Shown here piece by piece: positions 39,290-50,804 of a DNA stretch of 64,000 bases. A model generated the notes under the pieces. It had not been told where the DNA came from, did not search any database, and saw nothing but the letters and a program-made list of their open reading frames with translations. The translations under genes were made by a program, and so were the position numbers. Every line of letters starts with the position of its first letter. Position 1 is the first letter of the stretch. Origin of the DNA: Leptospira biflexa (GTDB lineage: Bacteria > Spirochaetota > DYNZ01); NCBI GenBank assembly GCA_020720805.1, contig DYNZ01000003.1, positions 35,927 to 99,926 on the forward strand, given 5' to 3'.

Positions 39290-40936
39290 ATGAAAATTTC
39301 AGAACCAGAGCCAATTATCTCTGCACTCGGGCAGGAGACCCGTGTTGCCGGGATTACCTTTCCGCACAGGGTAGGAATCATCGATATTGGCTCTAACTCG
39401 ATAAAGCTGAGAATCTATGAGATCATATCAGCGGATACCCAAAAGGTATTGTATGAGGATCGGGATATGATCCGCTTGGGTGAGGAGGTTTTTGTAACAC
39501 AGCATCTGCCGGCCTCAGCTTTTGCGAAAACGGTCGAAACGCTGGAATCCTACAAGAGAATATTGGAGAAGTTCGATACCTCAGAGATTGTCGTAAAGGC
39601 CACTTCCGCTGTGCGGGAAGCAAAAAATGTCAACTTATTCCTTTCCTATATAAAAAAGTACACAGGTATTTCCATTCAGGTTTTATCCGGCCTGGAAGAG
39701 GCTCAATATGTTTATCTGGCTGCTCTGAGCTCACTTGAGTTTCACAATCGGACGATTTTACTGATCGATATTGGTGGCGGTAGTACTGAGGTTTGTATTG
39801 CTACACAGCAGGCTTTGATTTTTTCTGAGAGCCTACCATTGGGAACAGTCCGGCTTACACAGACCTTTTTTGCCGACCACAATCCTTTGGAAAACTATCC
39901 AAGGGAAAAGGTAAGAACCATGGAGGTGTACTGCCAGAAGCAGGTAAAGCCGTTGCAGGTAATTTTTTCCCGGTACCAACCTGAATTCATTCTGGCGTTT
40001 GGAGGCACTCCTCATCACCTCGCCTTCGTTGCCCAGAAGCATAATATCGGTATCGAGAAGGAAGGTTGTCTTGGGATTCCATACAGGCATAATCGAGATC
40101 TGTTCGATACCTTTCTTCGTTCTAGTCCAGAAAAGATAGCCAGGATAAAAGGGTTAGAGCCCAAGCGAGCGGATATTGTACTTTCCGGAAGCCTTATCCT
40201 GAAAACGATAGCAGATCTCTCTGGAAATCTTGATATCCTTACTTCGCCAAAGGGTTTGCGAGAGGGAATCATGATGGAATATATCTTTAGCAGGATAAAT
40301 CCAAATATTTACGAAGAGAGGCAGAATGATTTTCGTTTGAAATCAGCCTATATTCTTGGGGAAAAGTTTTCTGTGAATCGAAATCATGCTCGCCAGGTCG
40401 AGCATCTTGCAACTAAACTATTTCATCAGCTCAAACCCCTCCATCATCTGGATCAGAGTAGCTTAATATTGCTCAGAGCAGCAGCCTATCTGCATGATAT
40501 TGGAATGATCATTAACTATAAGGATCACCATAAGCATTCTCAATATATCATTTCTCAGGCTATGCTCTCTGGTTTTACCCAGGAAGAGAAGGAGGTCATT
40601 GGATTAATCTCCCGCTATCATAGAAAATCGAACCCTAAAAATAGCCATACGAGTTATAAAAATCTACCTGAAATCCGAAAACAGGAGGTCGCGCAGTTGG
40701 CTGCAATTATTCGACTTGCCGATGCTTTGGATCAGAGCTACCAGGAAAATATCCAGGATGTCTCTTGCGTATTTGGAAAGGAGACCATTACCATGACCCT
40801 GCAATCGAAACCAGGGGCTGATTTGACGTTAGAAAAATGGGGAATTCAGCGCAAAAAAGCATTTGCCGAGTCTCTATGGGATCATGTGATTCATATACAA
40901 GATGAAAGTAATAAAGACAGCACAAGAAATGATTAA
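39290..40936 (+). CDS. ppx: exopolyphosphatase / guanosine pentaphosphate phosphohydrolase with C-terminal HD domain
   Basis: 548 aa. N-terminal actin-like ATPase fold motif IDIGSNSIKLRIYE. C-terminal HD motif (AAYLHDIGMII ... H). Confidence 0.85.
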   Translation: MKISEPEPIISALGQETRVAGITFPHRVGIIDIGSNSIKLRIYEIISADTQKVLYEDRDMIRLGEEVFVTQHLPASAFAKTVETLESYKRILEKFDTSEIVVKATSAVREAKNVNLFLSYIKKYTGISIQVLSGLEEAQYVYLAALSSLEFHNRTILLIDIGGGSTEVCIATQQALIFSESLPLGTVRLTQTFFADHNPLENYPREKVRTMEVYCQKQVKPLQVIFSRYQPEFILAFGGTPHHLAFVAQKHNIGIEKEGCLGIPYRHNRDLFDTFLRSSPEKIARIKGLEPKRADIVLSGSLILKTIADLSGNLDILTSPKGLREGIMMEYIFSRINPNIYEERQNDFRLKSAYILGEKFSVNRNHARQVEHLATKLFHQLKPLHHLDQSSLILLRAAAYLHDIGMIINYKDHHKHSQYIISQAMLSGFTQEEKEVIGLISRYHRKSNPKNSHTSYKNLPEIRKQEVAQLAAIIRLADALDQSYQENIQDVSCVFGKETITMTLQSKPGADLTLEKWGIQRKKAFAESLWDHVIHIQDESNKDSTRND

Positions 40937-42071
40937 TCCGACTGAACAGCCATTAAGCGCTTATACTCAGATAAGAAATGTTCTTCCTCCTGGTGAATTT
41001 TTTACGGTAGAGCAGGGAAAAGAGTTTTCTACTTTAGAAATTGCTTATGAAACCTACGGAGAATTGAACGAAAAGCGAGATAATGCGATTTTACTTCTCC
41101 ATGCCTTGAGCGGTGATGCTCATGTGAAGAGCCACGGGCCTGATGATCTCATGGGATGGTGGGAATATTTTGTAGGGCCTGGAGCGGCCATTGATACCGA
41201 CCGGTTTTTTGTGATCTGTTCGAATGTCATCGGAGGGTGTCGGGGTTCTCTGGGACCCGCATCTATTGATCCGCAAACGGGAAAACCGTATGGCCTGAAA
41301 TTTCCAGTAATTACCATTCAGGATATGGTTCGAGCCCAGAGGCTATTGGTGAACTCTCTGGGTATTGAAAAACTATATGCTGTTGTCGGCGGTTCAATGG
41401 GGGGAATGCAGGCTCTGGAATGGAGTCTGACCTTTCCAGATTTGGTTGAAAAGGTAGTTCCCATTGCAACTACAGCGCGCCTCTCCTCTCAAAGCATGGC
41501 CTTCGATGTCGTCGGCAGGCATGCGATCATGTCAGATCCTCTATTCAATGACGGGAACTACTATGACAGTAAGGATACCAGGATTTCAGGGCTTTCGCTG
41601 GCTCGTATGATAGCGCACATTACTTATCTTAGCGAGGATTCCATGAATTACAAGTTTGGGCGCAAACTGCAAAAAAGCGATCGCCTTAAATTTAATTTTG
41701 ATACGGAATTTCAGGTTGAGAGTTATCTGCACTACCAGGGTCAAAAATTTGTGAGCCGTTTTGACGCCAACAGTTATTTATATATCACAAAAGCTATGTC
41801 TTATTTTGATCTGCATAGCAGGGCGAATGATGACCTTGCTAAGGTTTTTGCAAATGCCAGATCTCAGTTTTTTATTGTGACTTACCTTTCCGATTGGCTT
41901 TTTCCTCCAGAACAGGGGAGAGAGATCGTGAACGCAATTCGCAATAACGGGCTGCATGTCTCTTATGTAAATATTCCCATGATGTTTGGCCACGATTCAT
42001 TTCTTTTGGATGAAGAGTATTTGCCACAGGTAGTTAAAGAATTTTTATACGAGGGACGGGATGACATCTGA
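40902..42071 (+). CDS. metX: homoserine O-acetyltransferase
   Basis: Alpha/beta hydrolase with GGSMGGMQALEW nucleophile elbow and conserved MetX N-terminal region. The start may be ATG 40929. Overlaps the ppx end. Confidence 0.85.
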   Translation: MKVIKTAQEMINPTEQPLSAYTQIRNVLPPGEFFTVEQGKEFSTLEIAYETYGELNEKRDNAILLLHALSGDAHVKSHGPDDLMGWWEYFVGPGAAIDTDRFFVICSNVIGGCRGSLGPASIDPQTGKPYGLKFPVITIQDMVRAQRLLVNSLGIEKLYAVVGGSMGGMQALEWSLTFPDLVEKVVPIATTARLSSQSMAFDVVGRHAIMSDPLFNDGNYYDSKDTRISGLSLARMIAHITYLSEDSMNYKFGRKLQKSDRLKFNFDTEFQVESYLHYQGQKFVSRFDANSYLYITKAMSYFDLHSRANDDLAKVFANARSQFFIVTYLSDWLFPPEQGREIVNAIRNNGLHVSYVNIPMMFGHDSFLLDEEYLPQVVKEFLYEGRDDI

Positions 42072-42678
42072 TTTTCAAAAATTAAACCGCGGGCTCCAGA
42101 TGATTGCAGAGCTGATTCCCGCCAAGAGTCGGGTTCTGGATCTTGGTTGTGGCGATGGATCGCTTCTGTATGTACTAAAAAAGGAAAAAAATGTCCAAGG
42201 ATGGGGAGTCGATATTAGCTATGAGAATGTCATCAGCTGTATCCAAAAAGGAATTCCAGTCTTTCAGGGGGATATCGAGAGCGGGTTGAAGGATTTCCGG
42301 AATGATCTTTATGATTTTGTGATTATTAGCCAAACCCTTCAAGAAATCAGAGCGCTGGAAAGTCTATTAATTGAGGCCTTACGCATCGGGAAAAAGGTTA
42401 TCGTTACATTTCCCAATTTTGGATATTTCAACAATCGTATGCAGCTTTTTTTCTCTGGAACCTCACCCGTCTCCAGCAACCTCCCCTTCACCTGGTACAA
42501 ATCTCCAAATGTACATTTTTTTACAAACCGCGATTTTCGTGTTTACTGCCGCGCTAACCAGATAGAGATACTTCGTGAAATTCCCTATTGCGAGGGTTCG
42601 TGGTTTTGCCGACGTATAGCACAGTCGTTGCCAAATCTGTTTGCCCAGCATAACTTAGCAGTAATCCAGAAAAAATAG
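42061..42678 (+). CDS. metW: methionine biosynthesis protein MetW
   Basis: 205 aa. SAM-methyltransferase-like VLDLGCGDG motif. Overlaps metX by 11 bp, giving a typical metXW pair. Confidence 0.85.
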   Translation: MTSDFQKLNRGLQMIAELIPAKSRVLDLGCGDGSLLYVLKKEKNVQGWGVDISYENVISCIQKGIPVFQGDIESGLKDFRNDLYDFVIISQTLQEIRALESLLIEALRIGKKVIVTFPNFGYFNNRMQLFFSGTSPVSSNLPFTWYKSPNVHFFTNRDFRVYCRANQIEILREIPYCEGSWFCRRIAQSLPNLFAQHNLAVIQKK

Positions 42679-42770
42679 ATGGATAAGTACAAAAAAAATA
42701 GATTGTCTTGAAATTCGTCTCATTTTTTTATAGCTGACTTCACCTTTCAACGAAGAAAAAGGAAAATCGA

Positions 42771-43775
42771 ATGAACCATATTACGAAAAGATCAACCCTG
42801 ATTCTGGTGTTGATCTCTCTGCTGCTCTTTTTTTCACTTTCCGCTTGCAGTAAAGATTTTGCATCTTTTGATGGCGGCAAAATTAGCCAGGAAGAGGTTG
42901 ATAAAATCGCTAAAGAACAGTTAGGCCAGTTAGCAGAACAGGTACGTTTTGTCAAAAAGCAGGCTGGATTCCAGCTGTTATTCAAGCAACTTCTTGATAA
43001 AGAGGCTGCAGGAAAACCCATTGAAACCTATTTCTCTACATTTGTGAATAAACAGAAGGATATGATTCCACAGCTTTGGGTAGAGCTTTACACAAAATTA
43101 AATTACCCCGCAGAAAAGATGACACCCGAAGTGGCCAATCGTATTCGCAATGAACTTGCTTCAAGAAATATGAGGTTGTACCGCGATATCCTCTATCTGG
43201 ATCTAGTAAAAAAGTACAATGTTCGTTTTCAGGAAAGCAAAGAGACTAACAAAGAGAGGAAAAATTTTGATTCGTCGAAGCTTCCTGTTCTGGGTCCAGA
43301 TAAAGCCTCCATTACCATTGTAGCCTTTACAGATTTTCAATGTCCCTATTGCAAACAGGCCTTTTTTACCATTCATGAACTAATCAAGAGATATCCCAAT
43401 CAAATTCGATATGTTTATGCAGATTTTCCCTTGGATTTTCATAAACAGGGAAAAGCGGCTGCGCACGGATTTCGTTGTGCCGGAGAGCAGAAAAAGTTTT
43501 GGGAGTATCATGACGCCCTCTTTTTGTTAAAGTCGGTAAAAACCAACTCTGACCTGGACTCTATCGCAAAAGCGATCCAACTCAATATGGTTGAATACGC
43601 AGCTTGCATGAAAAGTAATAAATACATGAAAACCATCGATGAGTATCTGGAAAAAGGACAGAAATTGGGAGTTTCAGGCACCCCAGCTTTCTTTATAAAT
43701 GGCAAATCCCTATCCGGAGCTCTGCCTCTATCGGAGTTTTTGGATCATCTAAAGGCAGAAGGCCTCAATCCATAA
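42771..43775 (+). CDS. DsbA-family thiol:disulfide oxidoreductase lipoprotein
   Basis: 334 aa. Lipobox LSAC. Thioredoxin-fold CPYC active site (FQCPYCKQ). Confidence 0.75.
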   Translation: MNHITKRSTLILVLISLLLFFSLSACSKDFASFDGGKISQEEVDKIAKEQLGQLAEQVRFVKKQAGFQLLFKQLLDKEAAGKPIETYFSTFVNKQKDMIPQLWVELYTKLNYPAEKMTPEVANRIRNELASRNMRLYRDILYLDLVKKYNVRFQESKETNKERKNFDSSKLPVLGPDKASITIVAFTDFQCPYCKQAFFTIHELIKRYPNQIRYVYADFPLDFHKQGKAAAHGFRCAGEQKKFWEYHDALFLLKSVKTNSDLDSIAKAIQLNMVEYAACMKSNKYMKTIDEYLEKGQKLGVSGTPAFFINGKSLSGALPLSEFLDHLKAEGLNP

Positions 43776-43779
43776 CCTC

Positions 43780-44526
43780 ATGTCCTCCGACCTTAACAAC
43801 TGGCTTGCCGAGTTAAATCTGGGCAGGCCAGAGCTGCTTCATAAACTGGTTCAGTTTCAGACCCTTTTTTTGCATCATAACAGCCAGATTAATTTAAGCG
43901 CGATTCGCGACCGTGAAGGTTTCGAGCGCTATCACCTTCTGGATTCACTTTGCGCCTACCCATTTTTATCTAGCAGTTCGGGATACCGAACGATACTGGA
44001 TATGGGAACCGGTGGTGGTTTGCCAGGGTTGCCTTTAGCTTTGGCCTTACCGGATCGTAATTTTGTTTTACTGGACGCGACAGAAAAAAAAATTCTGCGG
44101 GTCAAGGCAATGATTCACGAGTTGCAGGTCGAAAATGCCGTGGCTGAATATGCTAGAGTAGAATCATGGCGGCAAAAGGCTTCCAGGCACAATCAATTTG
44201 ATCTATTGGTTAGCAGGGCCATGTCAGAAATGGATCTACTCTTTGAGTTGGGATATCCTTTGCTGAAAGAGGGAGGGGCATTTTTATTTTATCAGACAGC
44301 AGATCATTTGCAACGGCTTTCGATATTGGAAGCCGTTGCCGGAAAATATTCGGATTATAAATTGGAGAATATCCCATATCCCGCCTCTTTTCAACATTTT
44401 CTTGGCAACCGAACTCTGATCCTCCTTCATGTGATCAAGAAGAAGGCATTTACTGAGCGTACCTATGCCGCTATGGCAAAAGATTCTCAGGTCAGGCATC
44501 TTATTTTTAAAAAAGCAAAGAAATAA
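43780..44526 (+). CDS. rsmG: 16S rRNA (guanine527-N7)-methyltransferase
   Basis: 248 aa. ILDMGTGGGLPGLPLALALPD SAM-binding motif. Position directly upstream of parA-parB. Confidence 0.85.
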   Translation: MSSDLNNWLAELNLGRPELLHKLVQFQTLFLHHNSQINLSAIRDREGFERYHLLDSLCAYPFLSSSSGYRTILDMGTGGGLPGLPLALALPDRNFVLLDATEKKILRVKAMIHELQVENAVAEYARVESWRQKASRHNQFDLLVSRAMSEMDLLFELGYPLLKEGGAFLFYQTADHLQRLSILEAVAGKYSDYKLENIPYPASFQHFLGNRTLILLHVIKKKAFTERTYAAMAKDSQVRHLIFKKAKK

Positions 44527-44639
44527 CAATTCCTCCTTTGAATAAGAAATTATGTTGCCAATGATAGGGCAAAAATAAGGTTTTTTACTCTATCTATTAA
44601 TTTTTGGATAGCAACTTTATCCGGAAAAAGAGTATTCCT

Positions 44640-45410
44640 ATGGGGCGAGCCATATCTATCAGCAATCAAAAAGGCGGAGTGGGAAAGACCACGACTGCCA
44701 TTAATTTAGCTTCGTATCTAGCAGAGTTGGGGAAAAAAGTCCTCCTTATCGACATCGACCCACAGGGCAACGCGGGCAGTGGTTTAGGGGTTGATAAGGA
44801 TTCGCTCAAGAAGACCATATACAATGTGATTATCGATAATTTGCCGATGGAAGAGGTGATTCAGCGCACCACGATTGAGAATCTTGATATGGTACCCGCG
44901 AATATTCATCTTTCAGGTGCCCAGATTGAACTTTTGGATGAAGAGGATCGAGAGTACCGACTTAAAAGCGCACTGGCTCCGATTAAGGATAAATATGATT
45001 TTATATTAATGGATAATCCGCCCGCGCTCGGCATTTTAACTTTAAATAGCCTGACCGCTTCTGATTCGATATTAATTCCTTTGCAATGCGAATACTATGC
45101 CTTAGAGGGGTTGGGGCAATTGCTAAAAATCGTGCAGATGGTGCAAAAAAAATTAAATCAAAAATTGGTCATTGATGGCGTTTTGCTGACGATGTATGAC
45201 AGCCGGACAAATCTTGCGAATCAGGTTGTCCAGGATGTAAAAGAGTATTTTAAGGATAAGGTTTTTGAGGCAATTGTTCCAAGAAATGTTCGACTTTCAG
45301 AAGCACCATCCTTTGGTAAACCCATTAATCTTTATGATCGTTCCTCTTTAGGTGCATTAAGCTATGAAAAACTCGCGCGAGAGGTAATTGAGCGTGCCGG
45401 CAGTATTTAA
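44640..45410 (+). CDS. parA: chromosome partitioning ATPase ParA/Soj
   Basis: Deviant Walker A NQKGGVGKTT. The ORF-track start 44604 probably over-extends; ATG 44640 (MGRAISISNQKGG) is typical. Confidence 0.9.
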   Translation: MGRAISISNQKGGVGKTTTAINLASYLAELGKKVLLIDIDPQGNAGSGLGVDKDSLKKTIYNVIIDNLPMEEVIQRTTIENLDMVPANIHLSGAQIELLDEEDREYRLKSALAPIKDKYDFILMDNPPALGILTLNSLTASDSILIPLQCEYYALEGLGQLLKIVQMVQKKLNQKLVIDGVLLTMYDSRTNLANQVVQDVKEYFKDKVFEAIVPRNVRLSEAPSFGKPINLYDRSSLGALSYEKLAREVIERAGSI

Positions 45411-46290
45411 GAAAAAAGGGCTAGGTAAGGGTATCGGAGCCATCATCGGCTCAGATCCTGTGGATAAAATCCTTGAAGGGAGTGGATCGGAAGCGAAAAA
45501 TGAACCGCTGGATATTCCTTTGAATAGTATTGAACCAAATCCACATCAGCCGAGGGAGAATTTCGATGAAGAATCTTTGCGTGGCCTAGCTGACTCCATT
45601 AAAAGCGTAGGGATCATTAACCCGATCACTGTAGAGCAACATGGAAATCGTTTTCACATTATCACAGGCGAACGTCGTTTTCGTGCTGCTCGAATTGCCG
45701 GTTTGTTGACCATTCCCGCATTAATCCGGAATGTGGATGAACTACAGAACCGTTCTATGGCACTGATTGAGAATATCCAGCGGGAGGAGCTTAATGCCAT
45801 TGAAGAGGCTAAGGCTTATAAAATACTCATAGAGCGTTTTCAGCTGAAGCAGCAGGATGTTGCTGCCAAAGTGGGTAAAGATCGAAGTACCATTACCAAT
45901 ATCATGCGTCTTTTGCAACTACCACAGCAGATTCAAAATGAATTGGTACACAAAGAGATTAGTCATGGTCATGCACGGGCGCTTCTTGCCCTGGAACACG
46001 AATCTGCCCAACTTTCTGCGCTAAAGGATGTGATGGAGAATGGTCTTTCGGTTCGCCAACTGGAAAAGAATATCCGCGAAAATCGTTACCAGGAGCGAGC
46101 TGCCAGGGAGAAAAAGGAGTCGAGAGCAAAATCAAAAGACGCGCAGATAAAACATCTCGAAGAGGAGTTGCGCTCCGTGCTTGGTACCAAAGTAGAGATT
46201 CAGCATAAAGGGAAGAAGGGTACGATTGCGATTCACTACTATTCTCTGGAGGATTTTGATAGGATTCGAGAATTATTAATACCGGACTGA
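45388..46290 (+). CDS. parB: chromosome partitioning protein ParB/Spo0J
   Basis: 300 aa. [14 protein letters not shown]-terminus, GERRFRAA ParB box and an HTH region. Confidence 0.9.
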   Translation: MSVPAVFKKKGLGKGIGAIIGSDPVDKILEGSGSEAKNEPLDIPLNSIEPNPHQPRENFDEESLRGLADSIKSVGIINPITVEQHGNRFHIITGERRFRAARIAGLLTIPALIRNVDELQNRSMALIENIQREELNAIEEAKAYKILIERFQLKQQDVAAKVGKDRSTITNIMRLLQLPQQIQNELVHKEISHGHARALLALEHESAQLSALKDVMENGLSVRQLEKNIRENRYQERAAREKKESRAKSKDAQIKHLEEELRSVLGTKVEIQHKGKKGTIAIHYYSLEDFDRIRELLIPD

Positions 46291-46327
46291 AGATAATCTT
46301 ATCTTAAATGGAAACGTAGTTGGTGCT

Positions 46328-48040
46328 GTGAAAATCATTCAATTTTTGTACTCAGAGGGTGGCCTGGCATTTTTGCATTTTACGCAAACGATCATGTTTG
46401 CCACCATGATATATATTCTCCTTGCTGAGTATTTGCGTACCAAGCGTTCCGAACTTGTTTTTAAGTTAATCGCTGCACTCAGTATCACCGCAATCAATAT
46501 TGCCACAACCACAGTATTGATTTTAAGGGTTTTTTACGAGATCCATGTATCAGAAAAATATGTACCCCTAATTTTTAACGCCCTTTTTGCGGTCATCGTT
46601 CTTGCATTGGCTCGCGCATTTGTTTACGACTTCATTCATAATAAACAGCGCTTTGATCTAGTAATTCGCATAGGTATGGGATTCGTACTCATAGGCTATG
46701 TTTCGATTCAATTGTACTGGATTGCAATTTTTACCCCTGGAATGATTTTTGGAAAATCAATTTTTCAGCTCACCTTCTCCATGTTTTTTATTTTTATGAT
46801 CGGTTTCTCGATCTACTATATATTGAGTTTTCGCCGGAAATATCAATTCCGTCTCATTCTTGCATTTGGGTCGATTGCTGTTGCTCAGTTTGTCAATATT
46901 TATGCAGTAGTTTCTGTTGATTTTCCTCCTGAGCTTCTTATTCTGCGCGCCTCAGCTCCGTTACTTGTTCCGATTATGTTTGCTAGCGTTGTTTTTAAGG
47001 AGTTAATCGAGGCGGTGGTAACTATGGCGGATCACCTGAGGGAGGTGTTCGAGAGTGAGCGTTCTTTGGTTCTGGATCTTATGAAAATGAGCGGTGAATT
47101 ATCCAGCTATTCCGATTCTCTGGTGAAAATGTCCGTTGAAGGTTGGCAAAAACTTTCCGGAGTTGTTGAAAATATCTATGCTCAGGAGAAGGATAGAGAT
47201 GATATTTTATCGATGACATCCGCAACCTCGAATCTTGTGGAGACTATGGTGGAGTCCGCGCGCACTACAGGAGTCAATCCATCCTCAAAAAAGTCAAATG
47301 GCATCACCAATGAATTTGGCTTAAGGGATGACCAGAAGGCGATAGAACAAACACTACAGGGGGTGCAGAAAGCTTTTCAAAATGCGGATGAAATTTTTGA
47401 AAATATGCACAAGTTGTTGCAGAATTTGCTTGCGAGTTCCTCGCGCATTTCGCAGGCGTTGGACATAACCAATGAGGTTTCCGATCAGACCAATATGCTT
47501 GCCCTGAATGCGGCTATTGAAGCGGCACGAGCTGGTGAAGCAGGAAAAGGATTTTCCATTGTTGCTGATGAGATTGCAAAGCTGGCGGAGCGATCCATGC
47601 ATAGTTCAAAAAGTATCGATACATTTGCCATAGATATTGTAGCAGGTGTAAACCGTTCTCATGCCATCCTGGAGGATGGTCGCCACAAATTAACGGAGAG
47701 TCTGAAAGAGATGCGGAAAATTCAGAGTTTTTTTGATGATGTTACGTTTACATCCGATCTGTTTGAAGCTATGATCATAACTCGGAATGAACTTTTCTAT
47801 AACCAGAAATTAAAAAGCGAAAACGTTTACCGCAATATGATTGCAACGGATAAATTGATTAAAAAAAATCAAGAAAATGCAAATGTCATGAAAGATGCCA
47901 TTAGCAAACATATACGCGATATAGAATCCATTGCAGGCGTTAGCGATGAGATAAACGATATGATTAAAAAATTGAATCGAACAATTAATGAGATCATTAA
48001 AACAACTGAAAAACTGGAAATAATTACAGGTTCAAAATGA
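46328..48040 (+). CDS. methyl-accepting chemotaxis protein-like transducer with 6-7 TM N-terminal domain
   Basis: 570 aa. Multiple N-terminal TM helices. The C-terminal region contains the highly conserved MCP signalling motif [34 protein letters not shown]. No HAMP or periplasmic sensor recognised. Confidence 0.7.
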   Translation: MKIIQFLYSEGGLAFLHFTQTIMFATMIYILLAEYLRTKRSELVFKLIAALSITAINIATTTVLILRVFYEIHVSEKYVPLIFNALFAVIVLALARAFVYDFIHNKQRFDLVIRIGMGFVLIGYVSIQLYWIAIFTPGMIFGKSIFQLTFSMFFIFMIGFSIYYILSFRRKYQFRLILAFGSIAVAQFVNIYAVVSVDFPPELLILRASAPLLVPIMFASVVFKELIEAVVTMADHLREVFESERSLVLDLMKMSGELSSYSDSLVKMSVEGWQKLSGVVENIYAQEKDRDDILSMTSATSNLVETMVESARTTGVNPSSKKSNGITNEFGLRDDQKAIEQTLQGVQKAFQNADEIFENMHKLLQNLLASSSRISQALDITNEVSDQTNMLALNAAIEAARAGEAGKGFSIVADEIAKLAERSMHSSKSIDTFAIDIVAGVNRSHAILEDGRHKLTESLKEMRKIQSFFDDVTFTSDLFEAMIITRNELFYNQKLKSENVYRNMIATDKLIKKNQENANVMKDAISKHIRDIESIAGVSDEINDMIKKLNRTINEIIKTTEKLEIITGSK

Positions 48041-49101
48041 TCGTGAGAAGAAAGACTAGACCAGTACAGGTAGGCGCTCTTACTGTTGGCGGCGGCGCCC
48101 CTGTTTCTATTCAATCAATGACCAAGACAAAAACAGAAGATATTGATGCCACTGTAGAACAGATTTTAAGTTTGGAAAAAGCTGGTTGTGATATTATCCG
48201 TTCTACCGTCAATACCAGGGCTGCAGCTGATGCGATAAAAGAGATCCGAAAATCCATTCATATTCCTCTGGTAGCGGATATCCATTTTGATTACAGACTT
48301 GCCTTGAGATCGATTCATAACGGTATCGATAAAATCAGGATAAACCCAGGTAATATAGGTGAGTCCAGAAAGATTCGTATGGTATTAGACGCCTGTAAGG
48401 AGGCTCGAATACCTATTCGTATTGGCGTGAATGCAGGTTCTTTAGAGAAAGATATCCAGGAGAAATATGGCTATCCGACAGCGCAGGGGATGGTGGATAG
48501 CGCTTTACGTCATATTCGCATTTGCGAGGAGAACGGTTTTGAGGATATTATTCTCTCCTTGAAATCTTCTCATACAAGTATGATGATTGAAGCGTATCGC
48601 AAACTGACTGAATTGGTGAATTATCCTCTCCATTTGGGTGTAACCGAGGCAGGCACGCGCTTCAGTGGCACAATAAAATCTTCTGTAGGAATAGGTACCC
48701 TTCTGGCGGAAGGAATTGGGGATACCATACGGGTATCTTTGACGGATGAGCCAGAGGAGGAGGTTCGGGTTGGTAAAGAGATCCTGAAAGCTCTGGAGAT
48801 GCGACAGAGTGGTGTAACCATCGTATCCTGTCCGACCTGTGGCAGGCTAGAGGTTGATATGTTGCCGATTGCCCGGGAGATAGAGCAAAGGGTGGCTTCC
48901 CTATCGAAAAATATACGCGTTGCTGTTATGGGATGTGTCGTCAATGGTCCTGGCGAGGCACAGGATTCTGACCTTGGAGTGGCATGTACCAAAGGCAAAG
49001 CAATTCTATACCGCAAAGGGGAAAAAGTGGCCACAATTAGTGAAGAAGAGATAATACCCAGGCTTCTCGAAGAGATCGAGAACTTTAAAACAACAGACTA
49101 A
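48037..49101 (+). CDS. ispG: 4-hydroxy-3-methylbut-2-enyl diphosphate synthase
   Basis: 354 aa. GcpE fold with C-terminal CPTCGR...C 4Fe-4S ligands. Overlaps the upstream gene by 4 bp. Confidence 0.9.
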   Translation: MIVRRKTRPVQVGALTVGGGAPVSIQSMTKTKTEDIDATVEQILSLEKAGCDIIRSTVNTRAAADAIKEIRKSIHIPLVADIHFDYRLALRSIHNGIDKIRINPGNIGESRKIRMVLDACKEARIPIRIGVNAGSLEKDIQEKYGYPTAQGMVDSALRHIRICEENGFEDIILSLKSSHTSMMIEAYRKLTELVNYPLHLGVTEAGTRFSGTIKSSVGIGTLLAEGIGDTIRVSLTDEPEEEVRVGKEILKALEMRQSGVTIVSCPTCGRLEVDMLPIAREIEQRVASLSKNIRVAVMGCVVNGPGEAQDSDLGVACTKGKAILYRKGEKVATISEEEIIPRLLEEIENFKTTD

Positions 49102-49110
49102 AGAGCGTTT

Positions 49111-49635
49111 ATGGAAAGACTTTATACCCCTTGGAGACGAAACTACATTGTCGGTGCCGAGGCAAAAATTAATGATGAGAAAGAGGACAAGAGTTGTGTT
49201 TTCTGCGATATTTTTACAGATACACCGGATAATGATTCTGCCAATTTACTTTTACTAAGAAACGTTAACAGTTGCATATTGTTAAATAAATTTCCATATA
49301 ATAGTGGTCATTTAATGGTTATACCTCTGCTTCATGAAGGAGACCTTACAATGTTGTCTGCGGAGATACAGAGTGAACTGATGTATGTAACCTCTTATGC
49401 TGTTTCGATTCTGCAACAGACCTACCGACCGAAAGCATTCAATATCGGGATTAATATGGGGAAAACGGCAGGAGGAAGTATCTCAGAGCATATCCATATT
49501 CATATTGTTCCTCGCTGGGATGGCGATACCAATTTTATGCCAGTAATCGGTCAAACTAAAACCTTGCCGGAAGAGCTGCCCCAGACTTATGAGCGTCTGG
49601 CGGCAATGATAAAAAATAGACCTCTTCTGGCCTGA
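49111..49635 (+). CDS. HIT-family (histidine triad) nucleotide hydrolase/transferase
   Basis: 174 aa. HIHIHIVPRW histidine triad. N-terminal CVFCDI zinc-binding-like motif. Confidence 0.8.
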   Translation: MERLYTPWRRNYIVGAEAKINDEKEDKSCVFCDIFTDTPDNDSANLLLLRNVNSCILLNKFPYNSGHLMVIPLLHEGDLTMLSAEIQSELMYVTSYAVSILQQTYRPKAFNIGINMGKTAGGSISEHIHIHIVPRWDGDTNFMPVIGQTKTLPEELPQTYERLAAMIKNRPLLA

Positions 49636-49646
49636 AAGTAAAGGAA

Positions 49647-49997
49647 TCAGGACTCCTTTTTCTTGTCAGTCTCCCCTGTTTTAGGTTTTTCATCGGATTG
49701 AAAAATTTTCTTTACATGATCGAAAATATTTGAAAAGCTTTTTGCTAATTCATCACCGAGCCTTTCAAGCTCCTTTTGGATATCTTCAAGCGCGCCGCTG
49801 CTACGGTCTTGCCATTGCTTCATTTTTGCCTGGAGATCCTCCCGTTTTTGCTTGAGTTCGTCAATTTTTTTTCTAGCCTCTTCTTTCGCGCTCTCTTTTG
49901 TCTTGTCAAATTGAGATTCCAGGTCGCCTAATTTGGCGTCCCACTCTTTTAATAACTCACTCGCCTTTAATAGCAGGCTATCGCGATCTTCTGCCAT
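49647..49997 (-). CDS. small coiled-coil protein, unknown function
   Basis: 116 aa, K/E-rich heptad-like sequence. Last gene of the minus-strand NfeD/sigma/SPFH cluster (30 bp downstream of the SPFH gene). Confidence 0.5.
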   Translation of the reverse strand: MAEDRDSLLLKASELLKEWDAKLGDLESQFDKTKESAKEEARKKIDELKQKREDLQAKMKQWQDRSSGALEDIQKELERLGDELAKSFSNIFDHVKKIFQSDEKPKTGETDKKKES

Positions 49998-50027
49998 CTT
50001 TTCCTCCCAAAAAATGAATAAAATAAT

Positions 50028-50777
50028 TTACTTAACTGAGAATTTTTTAAAAGCTTCCAGGAATTCAATGGGCAACGGAATAATCGTATGAGTAGATTTT
50101 TCGGAAGCGATCTCATTGATTGTCTGTAAGTAACGAAGTTGAATTCCATTGGGGTGCTGCCCTATGGTAATCGCAGCAGCAGCCAGTTTTTCGGCGGCCT
50201 GAAGCTCTCCTTCTGCGTTAATTATTTTAGCTCGGCGATCGCGTTCCGCTTCTGCCTGTCTTGCCATAGCTCTTTGCATCTCCACTGGAAGGTCAATATG
50301 CTTTAGCTCAACACCTGAAACCTTGACGCCCCAAGGGTCGGTATGAAGGTCAAGGATAGATTGCAAATCTTCGTTTATTTTTTCGCGATCCTGTAAAAGC
50401 TCATCCAACTCCCGATTTCCGCAAACAGAGCGCAGGGTAGTTTGAGCCAATTGGCTGGTCGCGTAAAGATAGTTTTCAATCTCGATAATAGCCTTAACTG
50501 GGTCAATCACTCGAAAATATAAAACGGCATTTACCTTGATCGAGATATTGTCCTTGGTTATCACATCCTGAGCTGGAACATCCATCGTAACAGTTCGCAA
50601 ATCCATTTTTTGCATTCTATCGACCAGGGGGATAATCCAGATGATGCCAGGACCTTTCGCGCCAACGATGCGTCCCAATCGAAAAACCACTCCTCTTTCA
50701 TATTCGGTTAAAATACGAAACCCAGAAATGATGATCAAAAGGAGAAAAAGAACCGGACTCAGAAAAATGAGATCCAT
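50028..50777 (-). CDS. SPFH/band-7 (stomatin-like) membrane protein
   Basis: 249 aa. N-terminal TM, then SPFH core ([11 protein letters not shown] ... [35 protein letters not shown]). Confidence 0.85.
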   Translation of the reverse strand: MDLIFLSPVLFLLLIIISGFRILTEYERGVVFRLGRIVGAKGPGIIWIIPLVDRMQKMDLRTVTMDVPAQDVITKDNISIKVNAVLYFRVIDPVKAIIEIENYLYATSQLAQTTLRSVCGNRELDELLQDREKINEDLQSILDLHTDPWGVKVSGVELKHIDLPVEMQRAMARQAEAERDRRAKIINAEGELQAAEKLAAAAITIGQHPNGIQLRYLQTINEIASEKSTHTIIPLPIEFLEAFKKFSVK

Positions 50778-50804
50778 AAGGTCGCTCCTATATTCTTGGT
50801 TGAA

